From Nitrospiria bacterium (GTDB taxonomy: Bacteria > Nitrospirota > Nitrospiria > SBBL01 > JAADHI01), in assembly GCA_945787655.1 (NCBI GenBank), contig CALZIJ010000002.1:44576-108575 (forward strand): DNA of 64,000 nucleotides, in the 5' to 3' direction. Shown piece by piece: positions 40,725 to 49,577 of the stretch. The notes under the pieces are model-generated. The model was given only the letters and a program-made list of their open reading frames with translations, did not search any database and was not told where the DNA came from. Within the stretch, counting starts at the first letter, position 1; each line of letters starts with the position of its first letter. The position numbers and the translations under genes are program-made.

Positions 40725-41895
40725 ACAAAGGCCGCAGCCACAAGCTTATCTTTACAAGGCGCTCGCCGACGGAGCAAAACCCTTTCGTTACCGAAGCGGT
40801 ATTCGCACTTTGCTGGGCCAGCCTGAAAACCCCGATACGCAGGTGTCGCATCCGCTCCCTCTCCCGCCCGCAGGCTTTCACTATTTGCGGCAGGCATCTT
40901 TTGACGAACCGGCACATGCACCGCGTCAGAGACCTGAAAAAGAGGATTTTCTTACCGAAATACCCGAAAGACACACCGCGCAAGGGCTTCAGGCACCCGA
41001 ATCCGCTCATGGCTTTGATGCCCCCCAGGCACAACAAAAGCCGGATACGCCGCGAAATACGCCCATTGCCCCGTATTCGTTTAAGTCAGCTCCTGGTTCA
41101 CAACACCTCCCGCACCGGGAAAGCGGGACCGAAGGGGAGACAGGCCCGATTCAAAAAACCATGGAAAGTGCCTCCACACAAATACAAATCGACATCCCCG
41201 GGTTCTCGGAAAAAGTACGCCGCTTTTCCGCGCTGACGCCCCGAAAAAAAGAGGACACACCACAGACACAGAAAGATGCGCCGGAGACGCGAACAACAGG
41301 AACCGCCCCCCTCACTCAAAACGTCCGCACGGAAATAATAGATCGATTAAACGTTCCTCAAACAGCGGTATCTGCTTCGCGTCAGCCACCACAAAAAACA
41401 CATCCTGCAATAGGGAAGATGCAGAATGTCCGCGAGACACAAAAAGAGGAAACAAAAACCATCAACCGCGCGACGACGCCTTCTTTGCATCATCTACACA
41501 AAGTCAACGCCGGGGACCAACAGGCCCTTCGAAAAATGGAGACCTGGACTGAAAATACGGTTTATAAAAATCAACTGCCTTCAAACACACCAAGGGAAAC
41601 GAACCCGCATGATCCACTTCCAATCCGGCGCACACAGCAAGCCGCGGAATCCCGGATTGAACAGCTCAGGCAGTCCCTTCAGACCTTGAAACAAAAAACA
41701 TCCACGCGTGAATCCGATGCTGAAAAACCGCCGGAAACACCACGGCATGAAACGGTCGATCACCATCGGCCTCCCGATCTCACGCCACAGCCAGTGGTGA
41801 TCGTCAAACGCGCCCCTGTCCGAAGGCAGTCGCCCGCCGCCTTTTGGGAACGCAACTATATGAGCCACCTTTTTCGTGTGAGGCCCTTGCGATGA
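40714..41895 (+). CDS. Low-complexity Pro/Gln/Thr-rich, probably disordered eCIS protein (tape-measure candidate)
   Basis: 393 aa, overlaps both neighbours, hydrophobic only at termini (FRYRSGIRTLLG; AFWERNY). Confidence 0.55.
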   Translation: MPSEQRPQPQAYLYKALADGAKPFRYRSGIRTLLGQPENPDTQVSHPLPLPPAGFHYLRQASFDEPAHAPRQRPEKEDFLTEIPERHTAQGLQAPESAHGFDAPQAQQKPDTPRNTPIAPYSFKSAPGSQHLPHRESGTEGETGPIQKTMESASTQIQIDIPGFSEKVRRFSALTPRKKEDTPQTQKDAPETRTTGTAPLTQNVRTEIIDRLNVPQTAVSASRQPPQKTHPAIGKMQNVRETQKEETKTINRATTPSLHHLHKVNAGDQQALRKMETWTENTVYKNQLPSNTPRETNPHDPLPIRRTQQAAESRIEQLRQSLQTLKQKTSTRESDAEKPPETPRHETVDHHRPPDLTPQPVVIVKRAPVRRQSPAAFWERNYMSHLFRVRPLR

Positions 41896-42734
41896 GTGCA
41901 TCGACCGCCATCGGCATGGTCAGTGAATCCCTGCGCAACCTGCTGGTCGGGGAAATGACGATCACACCCGCGCCGAATGTCACGGTGCTTGCCCCGGACG
42001 AATCGGGCGGCGGCAGCCGGCGCGTAAACCTTTTTTTATACAAGGCGCAGGAAAACCCGTCCTTGAAAAATTTGGACTGGCAACCCAAGACAGGCGACAG
42101 CAGTCAATTGGTCCCGCCGCCCCTGTCCTTGAACCTCTTTTATCTGATCACCCCCTATGCCCCGAACGACCCACAATCGGGCAACAGCGCGGCACATGAA
42201 ATCCTAGGCGAGGCCATGCGCGTTTTTTACGAGAACCCCATCGTCTCGCAGGAATATCTCGTCGAGGGACTGTCGGACGCACGGCATCAGATCAAAATCA
42301 TGCTCAATACCCTTGATCTCGAAGAGCTCAGCCGGGTCTGGAACACCTTCACGCAGCCCTTCCGCCTTTCTGTTTTATATGAAGTCTCCGTCGTGCAGAT
42401 CGACATGCTCACGGAAAGCGAGCGCGCGATGGCCGCGCGCGTACGGACCGTCGGCGTGCCGGATGTCCGGGCGCCCTACAAACCGCCCGTGGTCAGCTCC
42501 CTCAGTCCAGAAAGCGGCACGGCGGGCACGACCGTGACCTTCAGCGGGGAACATCTGGAAGGGTGGTCGGCCTATGTCACCCTCATGCGCAACCGCATCC
42601 TCGACGGCGTCGAAATCACGGGCGACAGTTTCGACGTGACCCTGCCGGGCGATCTCGATGCGGGATTTCATGAAATCCGCGTGGATGTCTCCCATCTTTT
42701 CCGGAAAACCTTTTTCTTCGAGGTCACGCCGTGA
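41892..42734 (+). CDS. DUF4255/Pvc16/Afp16-like cap protein with C-terminal IPT/TIG-like domain
   Basis: VNLFLY..ENP, PPLSLNLFYL, LSRVW, LSVLYEVSVV; PVVSSLSP.SG..G..VT..G..L. Confidence 0.88.
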   Translation: MSASTAIGMVSESLRNLLVGEMTITPAPNVTVLAPDESGGGSRRVNLFLYKAQENPSLKNLDWQPKTGDSSQLVPPPLSLNLFYLITPYAPNDPQSGNSAAHEILGEAMRVFYENPIVSQEYLVEGLSDARHQIKIMLNTLDLEELSRVWNTFTQPFRLSVLYEVSVVQIDMLTESERAMAARVRTVGVPDVRAPYKPPVVSSLSPESGTAGTTVTFSGEHLEGWSAYVTLMRNRILDGVEITGDSFDVTLPGDLDAGFHEIRVDVSHLFRKTFFFEVTP

Positions 42735-44968
42735 CGGTAAAGCGCTTGCAGAATTCCCCCGATACCGTGCCCGCCTACAGGGACAATCTCGATCAACTTC
42801 GGGATGCGCTGCGCCGGCTCGACCTCTTGATCCAGCGCCGGACAGTGGCATTCCGTGAGGCCGCGCCCGACCCCTTGCGCACGGATCTCACCCATGTCTA
42901 CATCTCGCACGAGGAAGTCGATCATTTGCTCAGATCCCCCGGCACCGTGAAGGTGGTTCACCCGGAGGGCCGGGGCATCGAGAAGGCCCTCGAATCACTG
43001 GGAAAGGAGATCCACGCCAAGGTCACGCAAAGCCTGCGGCAGGGGGTATTTCTCGCGTTGCCGCAATTGGCCCACATCTTTTCACTGTCCCCCTTTGAAT
43101 GCGACGTCCTCATCATCTGCCTCGCGCCTGAACTCGACCGGAAGTACGACAAACTTTATGCTTATCTCCAAGACGACATCACCCGCAAGAAACCCAGCGT
43201 GGATCTCGCACTGGATTTGCTTTGCGCGTCGGAGACCGCACGCTGGCAAGGCCGAAACTACTTCTCTTCACAAGCGCCGCTGTTCCGTACCGGACTTCTG
43301 CAATTCGTCGAGGACATGCAAAGCCCTTCAGGCTCGAGCGATTTGTCGCGGTTTTTAAAACTCGATCCACGGATCCTCAGTGCCTTGCTGGGTTCCAATC
43401 ACATAGATGCCGCATTATCAGATGTATCCAGACTGATTTTGCCGCAACCCGATCCGGAACCGGTTTTTATCGATCCCGCCATCCATAAAAACCTTCTGCG
43501 GTTCATGCAACGGCATTTATCGGATCAATCGAAGGACCGTAAAAAACTTGCTTTTCATTTTCACGGCCCCTACGGCGTGGGGAAAAAAGAATTGGCGGCC
43601 ACCCTCTGCGGCGCACTGAACATCCCGCTCCTGATCATCGACACCCCCCTGCTTTTGAAAGATTCCCGGGACATCGAAACCCCATTGCGCAATGCCTTCC
43701 GCGAGGGTTTGCTGCAACAGGCGGCACTGTTTCTGGAAGGCATCGACATCTTCAATACGGACAACACACCCCGTTTTTTTAAAACACTCCATCAGGCCAT
43801 CGCTCAATACGGCTGGCTGTGCTTTCTGGCCGGAGAAGCGGCCTGGACGCAACAACCGGGCCTGTTTCAAGACATGCTTTTTCAATCGGTGCACCTCCCG
43901 GTTCCGGCCGACCCCTTGCAACGGGCGGCCTGGGATTATCACTTGAGCGCGCTCGACGCCGCCAAGGCCGATCACGCCAAAGATTGGCCGGCGGCACTGG
44001 CAGGCCAATTCCGTCTCAGCCCCGGTCAAATGCGTGACGCCGTGCAATCCGCTCTCGCCCGGCGCGCCCTGGACGGCGGCGAATCCGGCATCACGCTCGG
44101 CGACCTGTTCTCCGCGTGCCGGGAACAGTCCAATCAAAAGCTGCATGAAATGGCCCGAAAAATCAACCCGCGCGCGGATTGGGGCGACATTATCCTGCCC
44201 GAATCCCATATCGGCCAGTTAAAGGAAATCTGCGCGCAAGTTAAACACCGGACGCGGGTCTTCGGCGATTGGGGCTTCGACCGGAAACTGTCCTACGGCA
44301 AGGGGCTGTCCGTGCTGTTCTCCGGCCCCCCCGGCACCGGCAAAACATTGGCGGCCGAAGTCATTGCCCATGCACTTGGACTCGATTGTTACAAAATCGA
44401 CCTCTCCGGCCTCGTCAGCAAGTACATCGGTGAAACGGAAAAAAACCTCGCCAAGGTGTTTCGGGAAGCCGAGACGAGCAACGCCATTTTATTTTTCGAC
44501 GAGGCGGACGCGCTGTTCGGAAAACGCACCGAGGTCAGCGACGCCCACGACCGCTACGCCAACATCGAAACAAGTTATCTGCTGCAAAAGATGGAAGAAT
44601 ACGAAGGCATTGTCATCCTCGCCACCAACCTGCGCGACAATATGGATGAAGCCTTCACCCGGCGCATCCGCTTCATTGTCGAGTTTCCTTTTCCGGACGC
44701 TGCGCACCGGCTGGCCATTTGGAAACGGCATTTTCCCAAGGAAGCACCGGTTGACGAAGCGATGGATTATGAATGGCTGTCCAAAAAGGTGCAGGTCGCG
44801 GGCGGCAATATTAAAAACATCGTGCTCAACGCCGCCTTTCTCGCCGCCGAAAACGGACAGGTCATTGGCATGGACCATCTCATTCAGGGCACGAGACGAG
44901 AATACGAAAAGATCGGCAAACTTTGGGATGACAACCGGCTGGATCCGGCGAAAGAGAAGGCCCGCTAA
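42731..44968 (+). CDS. AAA+ ATPase (Afp15/Pvc15-like)
   Basis: LAPELD..Y..LYAYLQDD N-domain; GPPGTGKT, SKYIGETEKNL, FFDEADALFGKR, DRYAN, DEAFTRR. Confidence 0.95.
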   Translation: MTVKRLQNSPDTVPAYRDNLDQLRDALRRLDLLIQRRTVAFREAAPDPLRTDLTHVYISHEEVDHLLRSPGTVKVVHPEGRGIEKALESLGKEIHAKVTQSLRQGVFLALPQLAHIFSLSPFECDVLIICLAPELDRKYDKLYAYLQDDITRKKPSVDLALDLLCASETARWQGRNYFSSQAPLFRTGLLQFVEDMQSPSGSSDLSRFLKLDPRILSALLGSNHIDAALSDVSRLILPQPDPEPVFIDPAIHKNLLRFMQRHLSDQSKDRKKLAFHFHGPYGVGKKELAATLCGALNIPLLIIDTPLLLKDSRDIETPLRNAFREGLLQQAALFLEGIDIFNTDNTPRFFKTLHQAIAQYGWLCFLAGEAAWTQQPGLFQDMLFQSVHLPVPADPLQRAAWDYHLSALDAAKADHAKDWPAALAGQFRLSPGQMRDAVQSALARRALDGGESGITLGDLFSACREQSNQKLHEMARKINPRADWGDIILPESHIGQLKEICAQVKHRTRVFGDWGFDRKLSYGKGLSVLFSGPPGTGKTLAAEVIAHALGLDCYKIDLSGLVSKYIGETEKNLAKVFREAETSNAILFFDEADALFGKRTEVSDAHDRYANIETSYLLQKMEEYEGIVILATNLRDNMDEAFTRRIRFIVEFPFPDAAHRLAIWKRHFPKEAPVDEAMDYEWLSKKVQVAGGNIKNIVLNAAFLAAENGQVIGMDHLIQGTRREYEKIGKLWDDNRLDPAKEKAR

Positions 44969-46245
44969 TGTTTGCAGTTGAACAGACAAAAAAGACCGGC
45001 AGTGTCCATCCCGGAAGTGTTTTGAAAAAGACGGGTACTCCGGCTTTTGGGAAATCGCAGCCGCTGCAAAGGGCGGTCGGGAACAGCTTACTTCAGTCAT
45101 CGGCAACAGGGAAGCATATTCAGCGGAAATGCGCCTGCGGCGGCAGTTGTTCAGCGTGTGGGGTAAAAGACGAGACAAAGCGGATACAAACCAAGTTGAG
45201 GGTCGGTCTGGCCCACGATGCCTATGAGCAGGAAGCCGACCGGGTCGCCGACTCGATCATGCGAATGCCTGAAACTTCGATTAAAAAGGAAACGCAAAGC
45301 CTCGCCTCATCGATACAGCGCATCGCAGACGGCGACGGCGGCGGATTCGACCCCGGCCCGGATTTTCAGGCGCAACAAAACGGCGGGCAGCCGCTTTCCG
45401 CTTCCACACGAAATTTTATGGAGCCCCGTTTCGGTACGGATTTCAGTCAGGTGCGCGTCCATACGGATTCGGGCGCGCAAGCTTCTGCGAATCAAATTCA
45501 GGCGCGCGCCTACACCTTTGGAAACCACATTACTCTGGGCAATGATGCGTCAGAAAACGATAAGCACTTGATGGCGCACGAACTGACACATGTCGTGCAA
45601 CAAGGGGGTGCGGAAGAGTCGGCGCAACGGACGCCTTTATCGCCTCGTATTCAGCGGGATCCGCCGCCTGCCGCCGATCCCTGTCCGGACGGCGTGAAAA
45701 CCATTACGGTCGATCTGGTCTCTTTGCGGGGTTCCAACCGGGACCCCAACCATGATCTCACTTTTGCCAATACGGTTTTTCGTTCTTGTTGTGTCCAGTT
45801 TCAATTAGGCACAGGCTTGACGGTTCATCCGGACGATTCCGACCGCTGGCTCGGGGGCGATACCGTGCTCGACCGTCTGACGGCCTGCGGCACAATCAGT
45901 ACCGAAGAACAAACCATGTACGACGAAGCCGCCGCCAATTACGGGATCACCAGTCCTTTTCGGGCTTTTTATGTGGCCTCGATGAATCCCGGCGCGCGAG
46001 GGGCCAGCAAGCCGCCTTATTGCGCCACAGGTGTTGCAGCACCCTACGTCAACACGGCGCGCATTTCGAACACGGCGCAAGACCGGTCATTGGCCCACGA
46101 GTTTGGACATATTTTGTTAAACAGCGGCGCGCACACCGGCATCGACAACCCGGCGGATACCGCAAATTTAATGATCCCGACCAACAATGCAACGGGTTCT
46201 ACCTTGGATGCGACGCAGTGCGCGACCATTTTCGGCAATGCCTAA
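44968..46245 (+). CDS. Putative eCIS cargo 1: DUF4157 + C-terminal HExxH metalloprotease-like domain
   Basis: MEPRFG.DFS.VRVH..ARAYT.GNHI..MAHELTHVVQQ; C-terminal LAHEFGHILLNSGAH..NLM. Confidence 0.85.
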   Translation: MFAVEQTKKTGSVHPGSVLKKTGTPAFGKSQPLQRAVGNSLLQSSATGKHIQRKCACGGSCSACGVKDETKRIQTKLRVGLAHDAYEQEADRVADSIMRMPETSIKKETQSLASSIQRIADGDGGGFDPGPDFQAQQNGGQPLSASTRNFMEPRFGTDFSQVRVHTDSGAQASANQIQARAYTFGNHITLGNDASENDKHLMAHELTHVVQQGGAEESAQRTPLSPRIQRDPPPAADPCPDGVKTITVDLVSLRGSNRDPNHDLTFANTVFRSCCVQFQLGTGLTVHPDDSDRWLGGDTVLDRLTACGTISTEEQTMYDEAAANYGITSPFRAFYVASMNPGARGASKPPYCATGVAAPYVNTARISNTAQDRSLAHEFGHILLNSGAHTGIDNPADTANLMIPTNNATGSTLDATQCATIFGNA

Positions 46246-46260
46246 GCCTGGATTTATAAA

Positions 46261-47544
46261 ATGACGGGAATCAAAACACAGCAACATCAATCAAATGACC
46301 GGGTCAAGGTTTCGTCGCAGCAAAAACCGCAGGCGGCACCCTTGCACATTAGCCCCGGTTTGATGTTGCAACGCAGCCTTGGAAACCAGCTCATGCCCAG
46401 ACACACGGCGAAGCCGATAATTCAAAGGCAATGCGCATGCGGCGGCGCTTGTTCCAATTGCGCATTGAAAAAAGACGTCCAACGAAAAGTGCAGGCCAAG
46501 CTCACGGTCGGCCCGGCGCATGACGCCTATGAGCAGGAAGCCGACCGCGTGGCCGATTCGATTATGCGGATGCCCGCAGCTTCGATTGAAACCGGGGATC
46601 AAGGCATCGCGCCCTCGATCCAGCGCGTCACAGGCAGCGACGGCGGCGGATTCGACCCCGGCCCGGATTTTCAGGCGCAACAAAACGGCGGCCAGCCGCT
46701 TTCGTCATCCATACGCAATTTTATGGAACCCCGCTTCGGCGCGGATTTCAGTGCGGTGCGCGTACACACGGGTGCGGATGCGGAACAGTCTGCGTCCCAA
46801 ATTCAGGCCCGGGCCTATACGCGCGGCAATCACATCACCTTGGGAAAGGGTGCCTCCGAAAAGGATCAACGCTTGATGGCCCATGAGTTGACACACGTGG
46901 TGCAGCAGGGCGGCGCGGAAAACGCAACGCAGCGGACGCCGATTGCGCCCCGCATCCAGCGCGATCCGCCGCAAAACCAATGTCCGGACGGCGTGAAAAC
47001 CGTCAATGTGGACCTCATCTCGTTACGCGGGTCAAGCCGCAACCCGCCCGCCGAACTCGATTTTGCCAACACGGTCTATGCGCCCTGCTGCGTGCAATTT
47101 CAAATGAGCCACGGGGTCAGCGTCATCGGGAGCTTGTCCGACACCTGGCTGGGCGGCGATACGGCGATGAGCCGGGGAACGACGCGCGGGGCGATCGATC
47201 CGGAACAGACCGCCGCCTATGACGGGGCAACTGCGACCTTTGGCCTGAGGGGTCGAATACGTGCATTTTATGTCGAAAGCCTGGTGGGCGGGTCGCGAGC
47301 CACGAGCTTTCCAAAAAACTGGGCCACGGGGACTGCCGCACCCTATGAAGGCATGGTCATTGTCACCAACAGTGCCGGCACGCGGACCCTGGCCCACGAA
47401 ATCGGCCACATCCTGCTCGACGCGGACGGGACGGTACACACCACCCATCCGGGCGGGACGGACAATATCATGCAGCCGACGAGCAGCGCCACCGGGTCCA
47501 CGGTGCACCAAACGCAATGTCCAACAATTTTTGGCAATGCATAA
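46261..47544 (+). CDS. Putative eCIS cargo 2: DUF4157 + C-terminal HExxH metalloprotease-like domain
   Basis: Same DUF4157 block; LAHEIGHILLDADGTVH..NIM. Confidence 0.85.
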   Translation: MTGIKTQQHQSNDRVKVSSQQKPQAAPLHISPGLMLQRSLGNQLMPRHTAKPIIQRQCACGGACSNCALKKDVQRKVQAKLTVGPAHDAYEQEADRVADSIMRMPAASIETGDQGIAPSIQRVTGSDGGGFDPGPDFQAQQNGGQPLSSSIRNFMEPRFGADFSAVRVHTGADAEQSASQIQARAYTRGNHITLGKGASEKDQRLMAHELTHVVQQGGAENATQRTPIAPRIQRDPPQNQCPDGVKTVNVDLISLRGSSRNPPAELDFANTVYAPCCVQFQMSHGVSVIGSLSDTWLGGDTAMSRGTTRGAIDPEQTAAYDGATATFGLRGRIRAFYVESLVGGSRATSFPKNWATGTAAPYEGMVIVTNSAGTRTLAHEIGHILLDADGTVHTTHPGGTDNIMQPTSSATGSTVHQTQCPTIFGNA

Positions 47545-47568
47545 AGGAAAGGGTCACTAAAACAAAAC

Positions 47569-48816
47569 ATGTTTGCATTACCTGAAAAAAAACAAAGCAC
47601 CGGCACCCTTGCACGCCCGGCCAAAAAGACACAGCGAAAAACCAATCCCGGGGGGGTGAATAGTCCTCAGATGTTTACGCGCCATAGGGGTAATCAGGCA
47701 ATAGGCACGGCATTCGGTAAACCAATACCAATTCAACGGCAATGCGCTTGCGGCGGGAGTTGTCCGACCTGCGCCTCGAAAATGGATAACCAGCAGGTGC
47801 AGCCAAAACTCACGGTCGGCCCGGCGCACGACATTTACGAACAAGAAGCCGACCGTGTGGCCGATGCCGTCATGCGCATGCCGTCGGCATCCACTGAAAC
47901 AGAGTCACAAAAGACAGGCCTATCCATCCAACGCATTGCATCGGACGATGGAGGCGGCTTCGACCCCGGTCCTGATTTCAAGACGGCGCAAGACGGCGGG
48001 CAGCCGCTTTCGGCCGCGACACGAACCTACATGGAGCCCCGCTTCGGTGTCGATTTCAGCACGGTGCGCGTGCACACCGGTGCGGATGCGGCGCGATCCG
48101 CGTCTCAGATTCAGGCCCGGGCCTATACGCACGGCAATCACATCACCCTGGGCCAAGGCGCCTCCGAAAACGACACGCACTTGATGGCCCACGAGTTGAC
48201 ACACGTCGTGCAACAAGGCGGCACGCAAGACGCGGCGCAGCGCACATCGATATCCCCGCGCATCCAGCGCGATCCGCCGCCCGCGCCCGACCCCTGTCCG
48301 GGCGGTGTGCGGCAGATTGATCTCTTCGCGGTAAATTTGCCCGGTTCGACCCGGACGATTTATGATGACCAGGCCAAGGCCGATGCGGTGCTGGCCCAGT
48401 GTTGCGCAAAAATCAACATCACCGGCGGGGAAAGCTGGGACACCAATTTGATGGATACCGATGCCCCTCACGGCGTGCTGAATCACAGCACGGCCACGGC
48501 GACCACGGAAGTGCAGGACATGACGGCGCACCGCCCCGGCGGCAATGTGTTGCACGCCTACTACGTACCCTCGATTTCGATTGGCTCGCGAGGCTCGTCG
48601 TTTTACGCGAGCCGTTACGGCGGGGCCTTTCCCGGCACGGCCAATGCGATTCAGGTCGCCAATTCCGCCGCAGTCGATACGATGGTGCACGAATTGGTGC
48701 ATGTTTTACTCGACGACGGCGGCCACCACGCCGACCCGGATAATCTCATGGCTTCCGGGAGCACGCGGAATGTGGGCGTGGACAATATGGATGCCGCGCA
48801 ATGCGCGGGGATTTAA
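47569..48816 (+). CDS. Putative eCIS cargo 3: DUF4157 + C-terminal HExxH metalloprotease-like domain
   Basis: Same DUF4157 block; VHELVHVLLDDGGHH..NLM. Confidence 0.85.
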   Translation: MFALPEKKQSTGTLARPAKKTQRKTNPGGVNSPQMFTRHRGNQAIGTAFGKPIPIQRQCACGGSCPTCASKMDNQQVQPKLTVGPAHDIYEQEADRVADAVMRMPSASTETESQKTGLSIQRIASDDGGGFDPGPDFKTAQDGGQPLSAATRTYMEPRFGVDFSTVRVHTGADAARSASQIQARAYTHGNHITLGQGASENDTHLMAHELTHVVQQGGTQDAAQRTSISPRIQRDPPPAPDPCPGGVRQIDLFAVNLPGSTRTIYDDQAKADAVLAQCCAKINITGGESWDTNLMDTDAPHGVLNHSTATATTEVQDMTAHRPGGNVLHAYYVPSISIGSRGSSFYASRYGGAFPGTANAIQVANSAAVDTMVHELVHVLLDDGGHHADPDNLMASGSTRNVGVDNMDAAQCAGI

Positions 48817-48842
48817 ACGATTTCAGGAAAGGGAAATGCGTC

Positions 48843-49574
48843 GTGCGTATTAGTTCTATTGATCAAAAAAAACCGGGTGCCGTGCAAGGGAAGACGCGTG
48901 GACTTTCTGCGTCTCCGGTTTGTTCCCGGAAAAGCACCGTACGGGATAAACATTCCCTCGACCGCAACCTGGGGAACCAGCGCGTGATGCGGATGACGGC
49001 GCAGCGCACACCGATATCGCCCCGCATTCAGCGGGATCCGCCGCCCGCGCCAAACCCCTGTCCGGACGGGATCAAAAAATTTGATGTCTTTGGGGTAAAT
49101 CTGCCGGGTTCAACCCGGAACCTTTATAACGATGAGGCCAAAGCCAATACAGTCTTGGCCCAATGTTGTGCAGGAATCAACATTGTCGGCGGGGAGTCCT
49201 GGGATACGACGCTATTGGACCTGCAAGCGCCGCATGGTTCATTGAACGAATTTAAGTCAATGGCCAGTCCCACGGCGGAGGAGACGACAATGCTGGCGCA
49301 CGCGCCGGGCGGGAGTGTGATTCATGCCTATTATGTGCCCAAGATGTCGGATCGCTCCCGGGGTGAAAATTTTCGTCCGAGCGTCAACCCCGCCGTACCG
49401 AAAGCAGTCGTGGTTTCGGATACCGCCGCCGTGGACACCTTCGTTCACGAACTGGGCCATATTCTTTTTGATGTGTCGGCTCATCATGCGAACCCCGATA
49501 ATCTCATGGCCTCCGGAAGCATTCGAAACGAAGGGGTCGACAATATTACGGCGACACAATGTGGACGGATTTAA
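48843..49574 (+). CDS. Putative eCIS cargo 4: short leader + HExxH metalloprotease-like domain, no DUF4157
   Basis: GTG start with AGGAAAGGGA RBS; LDRNLGNQ, AQRTPISPRIQRDPPP; VHELGHILFDVSAHH..NLM. Confidence 0.82.
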   Translation: MRISSIDQKKPGAVQGKTRGLSASPVCSRKSTVRDKHSLDRNLGNQRVMRMTAQRTPISPRIQRDPPPAPNPCPDGIKKFDVFGVNLPGSTRNLYNDEAKANTVLAQCCAGINIVGGESWDTTLLDLQAPHGSLNEFKSMASPTAEETTMLAHAPGGSVIHAYYVPKMSDRSRGENFRPSVNPAVPKAVVVSDTAAVDTFVHELGHILFDVSAHHANPDNLMASGSIRNEGVDNITATQCGRI

Positions 49575-49577
49575 GGA

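Noticed and set aside
44968-49574. CRISPR array or DGR-type repeats
   Set aside because: Repeats are coding paralog blocks ~1.3 kb apart; no cas or reverse transcriptase, no adenine-specific variation noticed
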